From Thermoplasmata archaeon (GTDB lineage Archaea > Thermoplasmatota > E2 > DHVEG-1): DNA of 64,000 nucleotides. The notes under the pieces are model-generated. The model saw only the letters and a list, made by a program, of their open reading frames with translations. It had not been told where the DNA came from and ran no database searches. Positions 38,021 through 48,212 of this stretch are shown one piece after another (the stretch's first letter is position 1; each line of letters starts with the position of its first letter). A program made the position numbers and the translations under genes. The stretch is taken from assembly GCA_020054495.1 (NCBI GenBank), contig JAHWGK010000006.1, forward strand, positions 4,829 through 68,828. The letters run 5' to 3'.

Positions 38021-38938
38021 TTATGCCGCAACAGAGCCCAATATTGTGAGAAATGAGAAACCAAATGCGAAAGCGAAGTAGGTTACATACATCAAGGTCC
38101 ATGAAGATGTATTTTCTAGGAGTCCACCTTTTTTCTTTTCCTTAACCATCAGATGAAATATGAAGTATCCAGGTATTGCTAAGAATGTTAGTAACCATAA
38201 GTATGAATCTAGTATACCACTATCAATCAATAAAGGAATATATGCAAAGGGGAAAAACATGAATGGTAGTGACATCAATGCTGCTTTTTTAATTCCAAAT
38301 GTGTTAACTAGTGTCCGTGTACCAGTTTTTTTATCAGCTTCGCTATCTACAATATCTTTTGTGATTGATCCGCCGATTAAGAAGAACATAGCAATCAAAC
38401 CAATAGCCATTGGCAATGGTTCCAACGCGTTACCAAAAACACTCCAAGAAGCTAGTATACCAAGAAGTCCACGTGGCACTCCAACCCATAACTGATTTAG
38501 GAATAAAACGTCTTTTATTCTGGGTGGAAGTGAGTAAGTGACTGTAAAAATTACAATAAGCAGAACAAATACACTGAACATGATATTAACAAGTATTGAT
38601 AAAGAAAAAGCAGTAATATACAATATAATTGACATAACTTTGGCTTCAATAAGAGATACGTCACCTCTAACTATGGGACGATATGGTTTTGATATTTTAT
38701 CTGACTCAACATCTGTGATTTGATTTAGTGTATTTGAAGCTCCGTTTAATATTGCAAGAGCAAAACTAGCAGGTATTATTGTTGTCCACCAGATAGTAAA
38801 AAGACCATCTGTTCTTCCGTTATAGAAGAAACTTGCAATCATTATACATGCAGATACAATAATTGGTGCAAGTAGTGTAAAAGGACGTATTAAATCGAAA
38901 TAGCCTATGATGCATTGTTTGAGTCTTATTATCTTCAT
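38021..38938 (-). CDS. UbiA family prenyltransferase (DGGGP synthase-like)
   Basis: LIRPFT, NQITDVESDKISKPYRPI..G, YS.PP and KDIVD.EAD...G.RTL motifs; multiple TMs. Confidence 0.88.
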   Translation of the reverse strand: MKIIRLKQCIIGYFDLIRPFTLLAPIIVSACIMIASFFYNGRTDGLFTIWWTTIIPASFALAILNGASNTLNQITDVESDKISKPYRPIVRGDVSLIEAKVMSIILYITAFSLSILVNIMFSVFVLLIVIFTVTYSLPPRIKDVLFLNQLWVGVPRGLLGILASWSVFGNALEPLPMAIGLIAMFFLIGGSITKDIVDSEADKKTGTRTLVNTFGIKKAALMSLPFMFFPFAYIPLLIDSGILDSYLWLLTFLAIPGYFIFHLMVKEKKKGGLLENTSSWTLMYVTYFAFAFGFSFLTILGSVAA

Positions 38939-39099
38939 TTTCTATCTCTCCGATGATAACAAGTTTGTGCCTGTTAGAATATAAAGGTTGTTTAACAGGC
39001 GTTATCCAAAATCAAAAAATAACCAAAAGAGGCTGTTTTGGCACCAAAATAGATTTTATAGAAGTAAGATATTCATGGATATACTATCAGGAGGAGTAA

Positions 39100-39654
39100 A
39101 TGTCAAAATTTAGAGGATTTATAGCTATAGATATTGGCTCTTTTCCAAAGCTAGTACAATTTGAAAACGAAATCAAGAATACAGGGGCAAATACAAAACT
39201 TGTCGAGCTTGAAAATGTTCATATTACTCTCAAGTTTCTTGGAGATACTGATGAAGAACAAATAGATAGGATCGAAGAAATTATTAAAGATGCAGTAAAG
39301 GAAATCAATTCTTTTGAAATTCAATTGAAGGGCGCAGGGGTTTTTCCAAATGAAAATTACATTAGAATTATGTGGATAGGAATAAAAAACGGGGAAAAAA
39401 TAGGGGAAATTGCATATAAAATTGATGAACAAATATCTGAACTTGGTTTTCAAAAAGAAAGAAGGAAATTTTCTGCACATTTAACAATTGCACGTGTTAA
39501 ATCTGTAAGAAATAAAGAAAAACTTTTACAAGTAATCGAAAAATTTAGAGATGCTGAGTTTGGAAATTTTAAAGTCGACTCTATTAAATTAAAGAAAAGT
39601 GAATTGACTCAAAAAGGACCTATTTATACAACGCTAAAAGAGGTAAAAATATAA
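39100..39654 (+). CDS. thpR: RNA 2',3'-cyclic phosphodiesterase (2H family)
   Basis: R.FIAI, HITLKFLG, HLTIARVK and S.LT..GPIY motifs. Confidence 0.95.
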   Translation: MSKFRGFIAIDIGSFPKLVQFENEIKNTGANTKLVELENVHITLKFLGDTDEEQIDRIEEIIKDAVKEINSFEIQLKGAGVFPNENYIRIMWIGIKNGEKIGEIAYKIDEQISELGFQKERRKFSAHLTIARVKSVRNKEKLLQVIEKFRDAEFGNFKVDSIKLKKSELTQKGPIYTTLKEVKI

Positions 39655-39695
39655 CTATAGTGGTGGTGAAATAAATAGAAACATGGATTATTGTT

Positions 39696-40463
39696 TTGGG
39701 GTTAATCAATTTTATACTGCTACTATTTAGTTTGAAAATCTTTATTCCAAAGGAATTTTATCAGAGAAAAGATATAGCAATTTTCCAAATTATTAGAAAA
39801 CATCTTCCGTTTTTGTTATTACTATTTGGAGTTGTTGCTTTTCATCTTTTTGAAGTAAATGTTATCGACCCTCAAATAACAGAATGGATAGGGCAAGATT
39901 TTACAAATAATATTAAAAATATTGAGGGAGATACTGTATTTTGGTTTTCACAACACTGGATACCAACTCTTACTTATTTCTTTGTAATAATGTACATAGC
40001 TGTGTATCCTTTTACGCTATGGTTTTCTCCTACATATTTCTTAATAACAGATAATAAAAAAGCAATGAAAACACTTGCATATGGACTACTGCTGATTTAT
40101 ATCATCGCACTTCCATTTTACCTATTTGTACCAATAACAAATGTTTACACCTATTACAATGTAAATTCAGCTCTTGAAAGTGTTATTCCATCTGTTGAAA
40201 ACTTTTTTTATACAACTACAACCCATAACAATTGCTTACCATCACTTCATACAGCTATGACAATACTAATGGCCCATACTGTTGGTTTAACCGGAAATCG
40301 AAAACTAACATATTTTACATATTTTACGATGATATCAGTCATAATCTCAGTCATATATTTATCGATACACTGGATTACGGATGTAATAACTGGTGCTTTA
40401 CTTGCAATTGGAGTAATACTCATATTGAAAAAATTCATGAAGGATGAAGGGCAAAATGAATGA
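39696..40463 (+). CDS. PAP2-superfamily membrane protein (AUR1/IPC-synthase-like)
   Basis: NCLPSLHTA and IHWITDV motifs, multiple TMs. Confidence 0.85.
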   Translation: MGLINFILLLFSLKIFIPKEFYQRKDIAIFQIIRKHLPFLLLLFGVVAFHLFEVNVIDPQITEWIGQDFTNNIKNIEGDTVFWFSQHWIPTLTYFFVIMYIAVYPFTLWFSPTYFLITDNKKAMKTLAYGLLLIYIIALPFYLFVPITNVYTYYNVNSALESVIPSVENFFYTTTTHNNCLPSLHTAMTILMAHTVGLTGNRKLTYFTYFTMISVIISVIYLSIHWITDVITGALLAIGVILILKKFMKDEGQNE

Positions 40464-41820
40464 AAAAGAAATAGAAAAGCAAATCTTAGATCAAATTACT
40501 CCTTCTTCAGAATACAGAAAAAAACTTAAAACAGTTATTCAAGAGATAAAAGAAAAACTCAAACAAGAAATTACTGAGAGAGATCTCCCTGTTTCCATTG
40601 AACTAGTAGGATCAACAGCTAAAGATACCTACTTAAAAGATAATCTAGATATCGATTTTTTTCTACTATTTCCCACAAAATTTCAAAAAGAAGACATAGC
40701 AAAAAATGCTCTTTCAATAGGGAAAAAACTTCTCAAAGACACTGAAGAATCCTATGCAGAACATCCATATCTTAGGGGATATTACAAGGATTATTATGTA
40801 GAAATAGTTCCATGTTACAAGATTGAAAAAGCATCACAAAAAATATCAGCAGTAGATCGAACCCCACTGCATACAAAATATGTAAAAGAAAATCTACCGG
40901 CATCACAAAAACAAGAGGTGCTTTTATTCAAACAATTCCTTAGAGGGATTGGATGCTATGGTGCTGAAGCAGAAATTGAAGGATTTTCAGGTTATTTATG
41001 CGAAATTTTAATTATTAAATATGGTTCTTTAAAAAAATTAATAGAAAATGCAAACAACTGGAAGACAGGAGAAAAGTTTGTATTTTCTAAAGTGAAATCT
41101 CCAAGTTTTGACACGCCACTTACAGTTATTGATCCAGTTGACACAAATAGAAACGTGGCCTCTGCTCTCTCAAAAGAAAAGTTTGACTTATTTGTAAGAG
41201 CGTGCAGAGAATATTTGAAAAAACCAAGTGTTACCTTCTTTTTTCCAAACAAAATAAAACCTTGGTCATTAGAGGAAATAAAAAAGGAAATACAAACACA
41301 AAAATGTCTTTATATCGGTATAAAATTTGATAAACCAGATATAATCACTGAGAATCTTTATCCTCAGATTAGAAAAGCTTCACGATCAATAAGGGATACT
41401 TGTGAAAGATACGATTTTAAAATCTATGATATAACATTTCACATAGATGACAAAGAAAGTATTATCTATATTATAGTCAAAACAAAAGATGAAACACTAT
41501 CAAAAACACTCAAACATATGGGACCACCTACAAAATTGGAAAAAAATGCAGATGAATTTGTTAAAAAATGGAATAGTGATTCAAGAGTAATAAGCACACC
41601 CTATGAAAAAAACGGCAGATTATATGTTGAAATAAAACGAGAATACTTAGATATAAATCACTTTTTGAAAGATAAAATCAAAAATCTGAGTACAGGTAAA
41701 CATATCGACAAAATTGTAAAAAAAAGATATTCAATTTTAGAGATGAAAGAGCTATTCAAAGATAACTTGAGAGAGTTTTGGACTGAATACTTAGATGGAA
41801 AAATGTCTTGGGAAAGATAG
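40456..41820 (+). CDS. cca: CCA-adding tRNA nucleotidyltransferase (class I)
   Basis: VGSTAKDTYL...DIDFF, YAEHPY, SAVDRTP.H, GFSGYLCE and DPVD.NRNVA motifs. Confidence 0.97.
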   Translation: MNEKEIEKQILDQITPSSEYRKKLKTVIQEIKEKLKQEITERDLPVSIELVGSTAKDTYLKDNLDIDFFLLFPTKFQKEDIAKNALSIGKKLLKDTEESYAEHPYLRGYYKDYYVEIVPCYKIEKASQKISAVDRTPLHTKYVKENLPASQKQEVLLFKQFLRGIGCYGAEAEIEGFSGYLCEILIIKYGSLKKLIENANNWKTGEKFVFSKVKSPSFDTPLTVIDPVDTNRNVASALSKEKFDLFVRACREYLKKPSVTFFFPNKIKPWSLEEIKKEIQTQKCLYIGIKFDKPDIITENLYPQIRKASRSIRDTCERYDFKIYDITFHIDDKESIIYIIVKTKDETLSKTLKHMGPPTKLEKNADEFVKKWNSDSRVISTPYEKNGRLYVEIKREYLDINHFLKDKIKNLSTGKHIDKIVKKRYSILEMKELFKDNLREFWTEYLDGKMSWER

Positions 41821-41821
41821 A

Positions 41822-42598
41822 ATGAAAACTATTGGAGTTTTCACAAAGGATTTTTCGTTATATTATGATCTTATAAAAGTACTCAGGAAAAGAAAGATAC
41901 CATATGTTTCGCTTTCATCTGTTGATCATATTCCAAGCAGGATTGGTGTTATACTCACTTCTAATAATGAATTACATGATATAAAATCTCAAAAAGTAAT
42001 TGCAGCTGATGCTTATGATACTGTTGATCATGCGCTGGATTTAGCTCTTCAAATGTTAATCGGGAAAGACTTGTATTCTAAGGTTTTTATTGGCATAGAT
42101 CCTGGTGATCAACCTGGTGTAGCCATTGTTGGTGACGATATTATTTTACAAAAAATAAATGTTGAAACACCAGAAAAAGTTGTGACAGTTATTAAAAGAA
42201 TCCTAAGGGAGTATCCAGCTTTAGAAACTTTAATACGAATAGGTCACGGATCTGTAATAACGAGAAATAGAATAATCAATTCATTAATTATACTTAAAAT
42301 TCCAATAGAAATTGTTGACGAAACAAAAACAACTCCATCTCAACAGGTTAGAAGACATGAACGAGATAGTGAAGCCGCTGCTGCAATAGCCCTTTTAACT
42401 GGTGGTAAGGTACAGAAACAGTTACCATTAGAGCCTACAAAAGGTGAAATCAGAAATATTCAGGAACGCAGCAGGAAGCTTACAGATGGAAAATTTTCAA
42501 TTTCTGAGAAAACTGCTATTGAGGTTTTAAAGGGTAAATTAAGTCTAAAAAAAGCAATTGATTTAGAAAAAAATCGTAAGATACCCAAACGTTTATGA
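41822..42598 (+). CDS. Conserved archaeal protein with RNase H-like (YqgF-type) domain
   Basis: IGIDPG..PG.A, IRIG.G, VDE..TT and D..AA.AIA motifs. Confidence 0.7.
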   Translation: MKTIGVFTKDFSLYYDLIKVLRKRKIPYVSLSSVDHIPSRIGVILTSNNELHDIKSQKVIAADAYDTVDHALDLALQMLIGKDLYSKVFIGIDPGDQPGVAIVGDDIILQKINVETPEKVVTVIKRILREYPALETLIRIGHGSVITRNRIINSLIILKIPIEIVDETKTTPSQQVRRHERDSEAAAAIALLTGGKVQKQLPLEPTKGEIRNIQERSRKLTDGKFSISEKTAIEVLKGKLSLKKAIDLEKNRKIPKRL

Positions 42599-42626
42599 AG
42601 CGCTCTCATATGCTGATTAGGTAAGA

Positions 42627-44180
42627 GTGATGAAGGCTAAAAGAGCTCTGATTAGCGTTTCAGATAAAGAAGGTATAACTGATTTTGCAAAAGGTCTATC
42701 TAATCTTGATATAGAGATTTTTTCAACTGGTGGGACAGCATCTGTTTTAAGTAAAGCGGGTATAAAAATCAAAGAAGTATCAGATATCACTGGTTTTCCA
42801 GAAATGCTTGACGGAAGGGTAAAAACACTTCATCCAATTATTCATGCAGGTATTCTTGCAAAAAGGGATGAAAAAAAACATATAGATGTGCTAAAAAAAC
42901 ATAGCATAGATACTATAGACATATTGGTTTGTAACCTGTATCCTTTTGAAAAAACTATAAAAAAACCAAAGGTTGGTATTGAAGAAGTCATCGAAAATAT
43001 AGATATCGGTGGTCCTACTCTTATTAGAGCTGCTGCTAAAAACTATAAAGATGTCGTTGTAGTGACGAATACAGATCAGTATAATGATGTTTTAAAATCT
43101 TTTGAGTCAAATGGAGAGCTGAGTTTAGGGGAAAAAGAAAAACTAGCATTGGATGCTTTTGCTCATACCGCACAATACGATTCAATTATTTCGAATTATC
43201 TAAGGTATAAATGGACAGATGATATATTGCCAGATGAAAATAGCATTGCTATGAGAAAAATTAAGGATATGCGGTATGGAGAGAATCCTCACTTAAAAGG
43301 TGCTTTTTATAAATCATTACCAGAAATTAAAGAGCCTTGTATTATAAATGCTGAAAAAATTCAGGGAAAAGAGCTTTCATATAATAACATTCTTGATAGT
43401 GACTGTGCTATTGAGTGTATTAAAGAATTTTCCAATCCTACTTGTGTAATTATAAAACATGCAACGCCTTGTGGAATCGCAAGTGCAGATGATTTGTTAC
43501 AAGCATGGAAAGATGCCTATGCAACTGATACAAATTCTCCTTTTGGCGGTATTGTAGCATTTAATAGAGAATTAGAAAAAGATGTGGCAGAAGAACTTTC
43601 AAATCTATTTTTAGAAGTGATAATTGCATTAGGATTTACTAAGGAATCGTTGGAAATTTTTAGTAAAAAGAAAAACCTTAGACTCCTTGAACTTAAAAAT
43701 CTTGATAAAATAATTGACAGAAAAGGCATAGTGTTTAGAAGTGTTGTTGGAGGTTTTCTTTCACAGGAGCGAGATGTTAAATTAACTTCTAGAAAAGATT
43801 GGAAGATAGTTACAAAGAAAAAACCTACAGAAAAAGAACTTCATTCAATGGAGTTTGCAGTTAAATGTGTAAAGCACATAAAATCAAATTCAGTTGTTTT
43901 TGTAAAAGATGCACATACTGTTGGAATTGGTGGTGGGCAAACCGCTCGTGTTGATGCTGCATGGATTGCAACTCATAAGGGAAAAGAAAATATCAAAGAT
44001 TCTACTATGGCTAGTGATGCATTTTTCCCATTCAGAGATGCCGTTGATATAGCAGCGGAAGCAGGTGTAAAAGCAATCATTCAACCAGGTGGATCTATCC
44101 GGGATGATGAAGTGATTCAAGCCGCAGATGGCCATAATATAGCTATGGTTTTTTCAGGTCAGCGTTATTTTAGACATTAA
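42627..44180 (+). CDS. purH: Bifunctional AICAR transformylase/IMP cyclohydrolase
   Basis: ALISVSDK, GRVKTLHP, IDIGGPT, RYGENPH, KHATPCG, ASDAFFPF and RYFRH motifs. Confidence 0.98.
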   Translation: MMKAKRALISVSDKEGITDFAKGLSNLDIEIFSTGGTASVLSKAGIKIKEVSDITGFPEMLDGRVKTLHPIIHAGILAKRDEKKHIDVLKKHSIDTIDILVCNLYPFEKTIKKPKVGIEEVIENIDIGGPTLIRAAAKNYKDVVVVTNTDQYNDVLKSFESNGELSLGEKEKLALDAFAHTAQYDSIISNYLRYKWTDDILPDENSIAMRKIKDMRYGENPHLKGAFYKSLPEIKEPCIINAEKIQGKELSYNNILDSDCAIECIKEFSNPTCVIIKHATPCGIASADDLLQAWKDAYATDTNSPFGGIVAFNRELEKDVAEELSNLFLEVIIALGFTKESLEIFSKKKNLRLLELKNLDKIIDRKGIVFRSVVGGFLSQERDVKLTSRKDWKIVTKKKPTEKELHSMEFAVKCVKHIKSNSVVFVKDAHTVGIGGGQTARVDAAWIATHKGKENIKDSTMASDAFFPFRDAVDIAAEAGVKAIIQPGGSIRDDEVIQAADGHNIAMVFSGQRYFRH

Positions 44181-44200
44181 ATAAAGAAAAAAATGAGAGG
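44181..44200 (-). terminator. Oligo-T tract after the C25 peptidase gene
   Basis: Minus strand reads CTCATTTTTTTCTTTAT downstream of the stop; a similar tract follows the 48591 gene. Confidence 0.4.
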
Positions 44201-44227
44201 AGATTTAGGACTATAGCAAAATATTTT

Positions 44228-47200
44228 TTATTGTAGTCCTAATCGTAGTAGTAGACGTTGTAGAATTGGAAATAGATCAGGATAATTCTGTTGGAACCAT
44301 TGCAATAGCATTGTGGTTACCTTGTTTCTTGGCATAGTAACAGTAAGTGTTCCCTCGGTACCAATAAAACCATTGATGTCTTTTGCTTTAGCAGTAATTA
44401 TATAATCACCCCGTTCAGCCCATGTATGACTTGCAAATGCATCTTCTCCAGATGCAAAAGGACCTGCGATGATTTCTTCCCCAGTACCGTCACCCCAGTC
44501 TACAATATACTCTGCGATGTCATCATCATCAGGATCTATTGATTTAAAACTGTATTCATACTCTGTTCCAGCATCTCCATTATCTTCACCATCTATTATA
44601 GGTGCATTTGGCGGTTCATTACCAGGTTCAGGTTCTGTTGTGAACGTATAAACTTCTTCTGTTGTTTCGCCACTACCATCTGGATCTGTAGCACTCACAT
44701 ACCAAGTATATATGGTACTATAATCTAGACCAGAAATACTACATGTTTTTGTACCCTCACTTTCACCTGTACCACTATTGCTACCAACATCAGGACTGGT
44801 TGTAATACTCCAATCAAAGCTATTTTCCTCAGGGTCTGCTATATAAACAGATAACGAAGATGTAGTTATGGGTACACCAGTAGCACCGTCAAGTGGATCT
44901 TCATTTGAAAACACAGGTGGAAAATTCGGTGGCGCACTTTCTTTAGTGAAGAAATCCCACACAAGGCCAATAGTACTTTCACCGTATGGATCCCATGCGA
45001 CAATCTGCCACCAATAATGCGTGTTATACTCTAGCGGATTTGGTGGAGTATAACTGGTTTCTGATTGATTGTGTGATACTAAAACATCAGGGGTTTGATC
45101 ATTTGCTTCAAGATATACACAATACGTTACAGGATCACCATTTGGATCACTACAAGTCCAACTCAGGGTAGGAGTAACACCAACATTTGTTGCGCCATCG
45201 GGTGGATAGGGATTACTAGGGGGATAAGGTGGTAGGTTGTCCTCTGGGACTGTAGCTTCTCCCATATATGGGCAGAAATTATGTTTGGTGACAGTTACAT
45301 ACATGACACCCCCAGAAGACGGCACGGGATAAAACGTTACATCTCCAGCTGAATTTGTATAGCCTGTTAAATATACTTCATCCTCTTTTGATAAACAGAC
45401 ATATGCGCCATTGACATTGGTTCCTCCTGTAGTTTCAACATGAACTGTGAAAGATGAAGAGCTAACAGTATCAGGATGAGTTACATCAAGATTCTGTGGA
45501 GCTGCTGTCCATATCTCCATACTTGGATCCCCAAAAACATGGAACAACTCAAAGGTATACCTTTCATACCCCCAGGGATCACCCCATGTGTTTCCCATGT
45601 ATGTTTTACCGTTATTCAATATTTCTCCTAAGGTATAAAGCGGAATATCACCACCAATATCCTGATCAAAATCAGGCCAGATAGCATCATAAAAACCACG
45701 ACATAAAAAGTCGTTATACCCACTATAGCTTACTCGAGTTGCACCAAAAACAGCAACGGCACCTCCACCATCTTTTCTTATAAATTTTTCACAGAAACAC
45801 TCATAATTATCAAACTTACCAGTCAGACAATTAATGCTGAACACAACAGGAGTAAGATCACCATTTGTTAACCCCGCTATATGAGAAGATTGGAAATAAG
45901 GATCACCCCAGCCACCTTCAGACCCATGATCCCGATGATTCAAGATAAACACTCCTGACTCTATTGCGTTGATAATATCATCAGCATCACCATCCCAAGC
46001 AAACGTTGGACGAAGAAGCTCAGGCGGTAAAGGCTCTCCATTACCATAATAACCATTATTATAATGAGTAGGATAAACACTTGGTTCTGTAACATAAATA
46101 CGTTCTCCATCATAACCCTCTGATAACAGATAATCCCTGACTTCCTCAGAGGTTCTCACAAACCTCCTAGTTTCATATCCATTATGCTCATCATCCTGGA
46201 AATATGCTGCTACCGCAAAATCTTCATAATAACTAGTAGCAGTAGGAGGAGCCTGCTCATATTTTAGTATTTTTTCAACAATTACTTCAGCTTCTTGAGA
46301 CGTATCAGCAGGTATTCTTCCAATAAAAAGATCAGGGTAATAATCAGATCCACTAACAGTAGCATACCACAAATCTGATGCAGCAGAATAAACATAATTA
46401 GTTGGCACATATTCAGCATCACCAACAAGTAGAACATACGATGGTTTCAGATCCCATGTATCATATGCATTTTGAATATATTGACGTATCTGTGAAGAAG
46501 TACTTCCTGCTTCAATAGTGTCAACAACTTTAGTAAATAATCCTTTAGAGTGCTTCCAATCTGCCAGCTCAAGAATCTCCATATAAAAATCAGGATGAGT
46601 AATAATTAAATAATCACATCCCTCCTCCCGTGATCCACTACCTGAACCTTGTGAGGATTCATCAAATATGGTATTTTCCAAAAACTCTTGCCAATTCTCA
46701 AATACGTTTTCATAAAACCGGGTAAACAATACATTATCAAAACCTGATTCCACAGCCACTTTTTCACCCTCATCCCAAGATAGCTCTATAACGATTTCAT
46801 CATAAATAGTTGCAATTTCTTGTTTTGGATTACATTGAACCGGGTAAAACTCAATTTTCACAAAACAAATATCACGAATCTTACCATCATACACCAATTC
46901 AACTAGCTTTCCAGGATACTCGATATCCTGCTGGTAAAACGATTCATCAATTATAAACTCAGTATTATCACCCGTTTCACTATCAGACTGAGGACTCTGA
47001 GCAGGATACACCCGGCCAACCCAACTAGACTCCATAACTTCAGCATCAACAACATTCAAAGATACATCCAATGTAGGAACAGCAAAAATACAAGTCACAA
47101 CAGGCAACTGTGGTTTACCCAAGTCACCGATAAAACCGGCATTAGGGATATTAAACGTGGTAAAGGTACCATGCTCGGTCACATCTTGATCTTGTATTAG

Positions 47201-47389
47201 CTCCTGCAATTTAAAAGAAATAAGTAGCTCATGATCACTTACATAATTATAAGAAACCATCGTGTCATTTTCTAATCTAGTTTCATTCAACCCTACCGTA
47301 TTTATTGAACTTGGCAACAAAAATAATACGACAATACCCAGCGTCACAACCATTTTTAAAACTATTTTCCTATCTCTATATATTTTCAT
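44228..47389 (-). CDS. Secreted gingipain-like peptidase C25 with propeptide, Ig/FN3-like, PKD domains and amphipathic C-terminal tail
   Basis: Signal peptide; GKPQLP propeptide, DYLIIT, YVLLVGD, SDLWY, FIGRIP, dyad RDHG/INCLTG, VFGDPS, VTVTKHN; VDWGDG PKD. Confidence 0.93.
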   Translation of the reverse strand: MKIYRDRKIVLKMVVTLGIVVLFLLPSSINTVGLNETRLENDTMVSYNYVSDHELLISFKLQELIQDQDVTEHGTFTTFNIPNAGFIGDLGKPQLPVVTCIFAVPTLDVSLNVVDAEVMESSWVGRVYPAQSPQSDSETGDNTEFIIDESFYQQDIEYPGKLVELVYDGKIRDICFVKIEFYPVQCNPKQEIATIYDEIVIELSWDEGEKVAVESGFDNVLFTRFYENVFENWQEFLENTIFDESSQGSGSGSREEGCDYLIITHPDFYMEILELADWKHSKGLFTKVVDTIEAGSTSSQIRQYIQNAYDTWDLKPSYVLLVGDAEYVPTNYVYSAASDLWYATVSGSDYYPDLFIGRIPADTSQEAEVIVEKILKYEQAPPTATSYYEDFAVAAYFQDDEHNGYETRRFVRTSEEVRDYLLSEGYDGERIYVTEPSVYPTHYNNGYYGNGEPLPPELLRPTFAWDGDADDIINAIESGVFILNHRDHGSEGGWGDPYFQSSHIAGLTNGDLTPVVFSINCLTGKFDNYECFCEKFIRKDGGGAVAVFGATRVSYSGYNDFLCRGFYDAIWPDFDQDIGGDIPLYTLGEILNNGKTYMGNTWGDPWGYERYTFELFHVFGDPSMEIWTAAPQNLDVTHPDTVSSSSFTVHVETTGGTNVNGAYVCLSKEDEVYLTGYTNSAGDVTFYPVPSSGGVMYVTVTKHNFCPYMGEATVPEDNLPPYPPSNPYPPDGATNVGVTPTLSWTCSDPNGDPVTYCVYLEANDQTPDVLVSHNQSETSYTPPNPLEYNTHYWWQIVAWDPYGESTIGLVWDFFTKESAPPNFPPVFSNEDPLDGATGVPITTSSLSVYIADPEENSFDWSITTSPDVGSNSGTGESEGTKTCSISGLDYSTIYTWYVSATDPDGSGETTEEVYTFTTEPEPGNEPPNAPIIDGEDNGDAGTEYEYSFKSIDPDDDDIAEYIVDWGDGTGEEIIAGPFASGEDAFASHTWAERGDYIITAKAKDINGFIGTEGTLTVTMPRNKVTTMLLQWFQQNYPDLFPILQRLLLRLGLQ

Positions 47390-47587
47390 ATTTTTTACCC
47401 CCCGGTAATAAATATATATTTGTAATATATTATTTTAATTAAAAACTTTCTAATAATAAATTATCTAATCTTTATTTTTTATATGCAACAAGTTGTTAAG
47501 AAAAAAAAAGGTTTTTTTACATTTCAACTCCTATTAATTAAAAAGAAAATGAATTTGGACATATTGGCCCAAGGTGGTAAAATTTTT

Positions 47588-48157
47588 TTAGCGACGTTTA
47601 AAATTAAAAAAATATCTCCACTTTTCATTTTTTTCTATAGGAAAATCCCAGACAGATTTTTTAATTGTGCAGTATTCCTCTGGCTTTATTTCTTGATTTC
47701 CTGTTTCATCAAATTTAAAAGTAAGATAAAAAAGAGCACCAAGATTATTTCTTTTTACTTGCATGTTCCCAGTTTTATATCCAACAGGAACTCGTCTTCT
47801 TGTTATAATTGTTTTATTCCAACGTTGCTTTTTTGTCTCAACAATTTTATAACATGTGCTATTCTTAATTTTATTTGGACGTTTTTTTGAGAATACAGCA
47901 ATTTTCTGTATTTTATGCTGATGAGAGGTCCCAAACCTATTTATTATTTTTTTGCTACTCCATTTTACAATAGTAATGATACATTTTAAGAGTTTTATTG
48001 TAAAATCTATTATCTTTCTTGCAGAGAATTTAGGTATAGAGCGGATTTTTTCAGAAATATCTTTTTTTTTCTTTACTTCTTTTTTTGCATCATCCTTTGG
48101 CTTCTGTTCTATTGTTTTTCCAAAGTTTTGCAGATCTGAAAATTCATCACTTGACAA
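47588..48157 (-). CDS. Basic hypothetical protein (3' end uncertain)
   Basis: 189 aa ORF with AGGAG RBS and TTG start; homopolymer runs near the end. Confidence 0.55.
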   Translation of the reverse strand: MSSDEFSDLQNFGKTIEQKPKDDAKKEVKKKKDISEKIRSIPKFSARKIIDFTIKLLKCIITIVKWSSKKIINRFGTSHQHKIQKIAVFSKKRPNKIKNSTCYKIVETKKQRWNKTIITRRRVPVGYKTGNMQVKRNNLGALFYLTFKFDETGNQEIKPEEYCTIKKSVWDFPIEKNEKWRYFFNFKRR

Positions 48158-48212
48158 AAAACATCTCCTTTTTTATCAAATATTCAAATTAATTTAAGAT
48201 AATTGCTAGTAA

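Noticed and set aside
47483..47890. 135 aa plus-strand Phe/Ile-rich ORF
   Set aside because: Antisense to the Lys-rich 47588-48157 ORF; its hydrophobicity mirrors A-rich codons on the other strand
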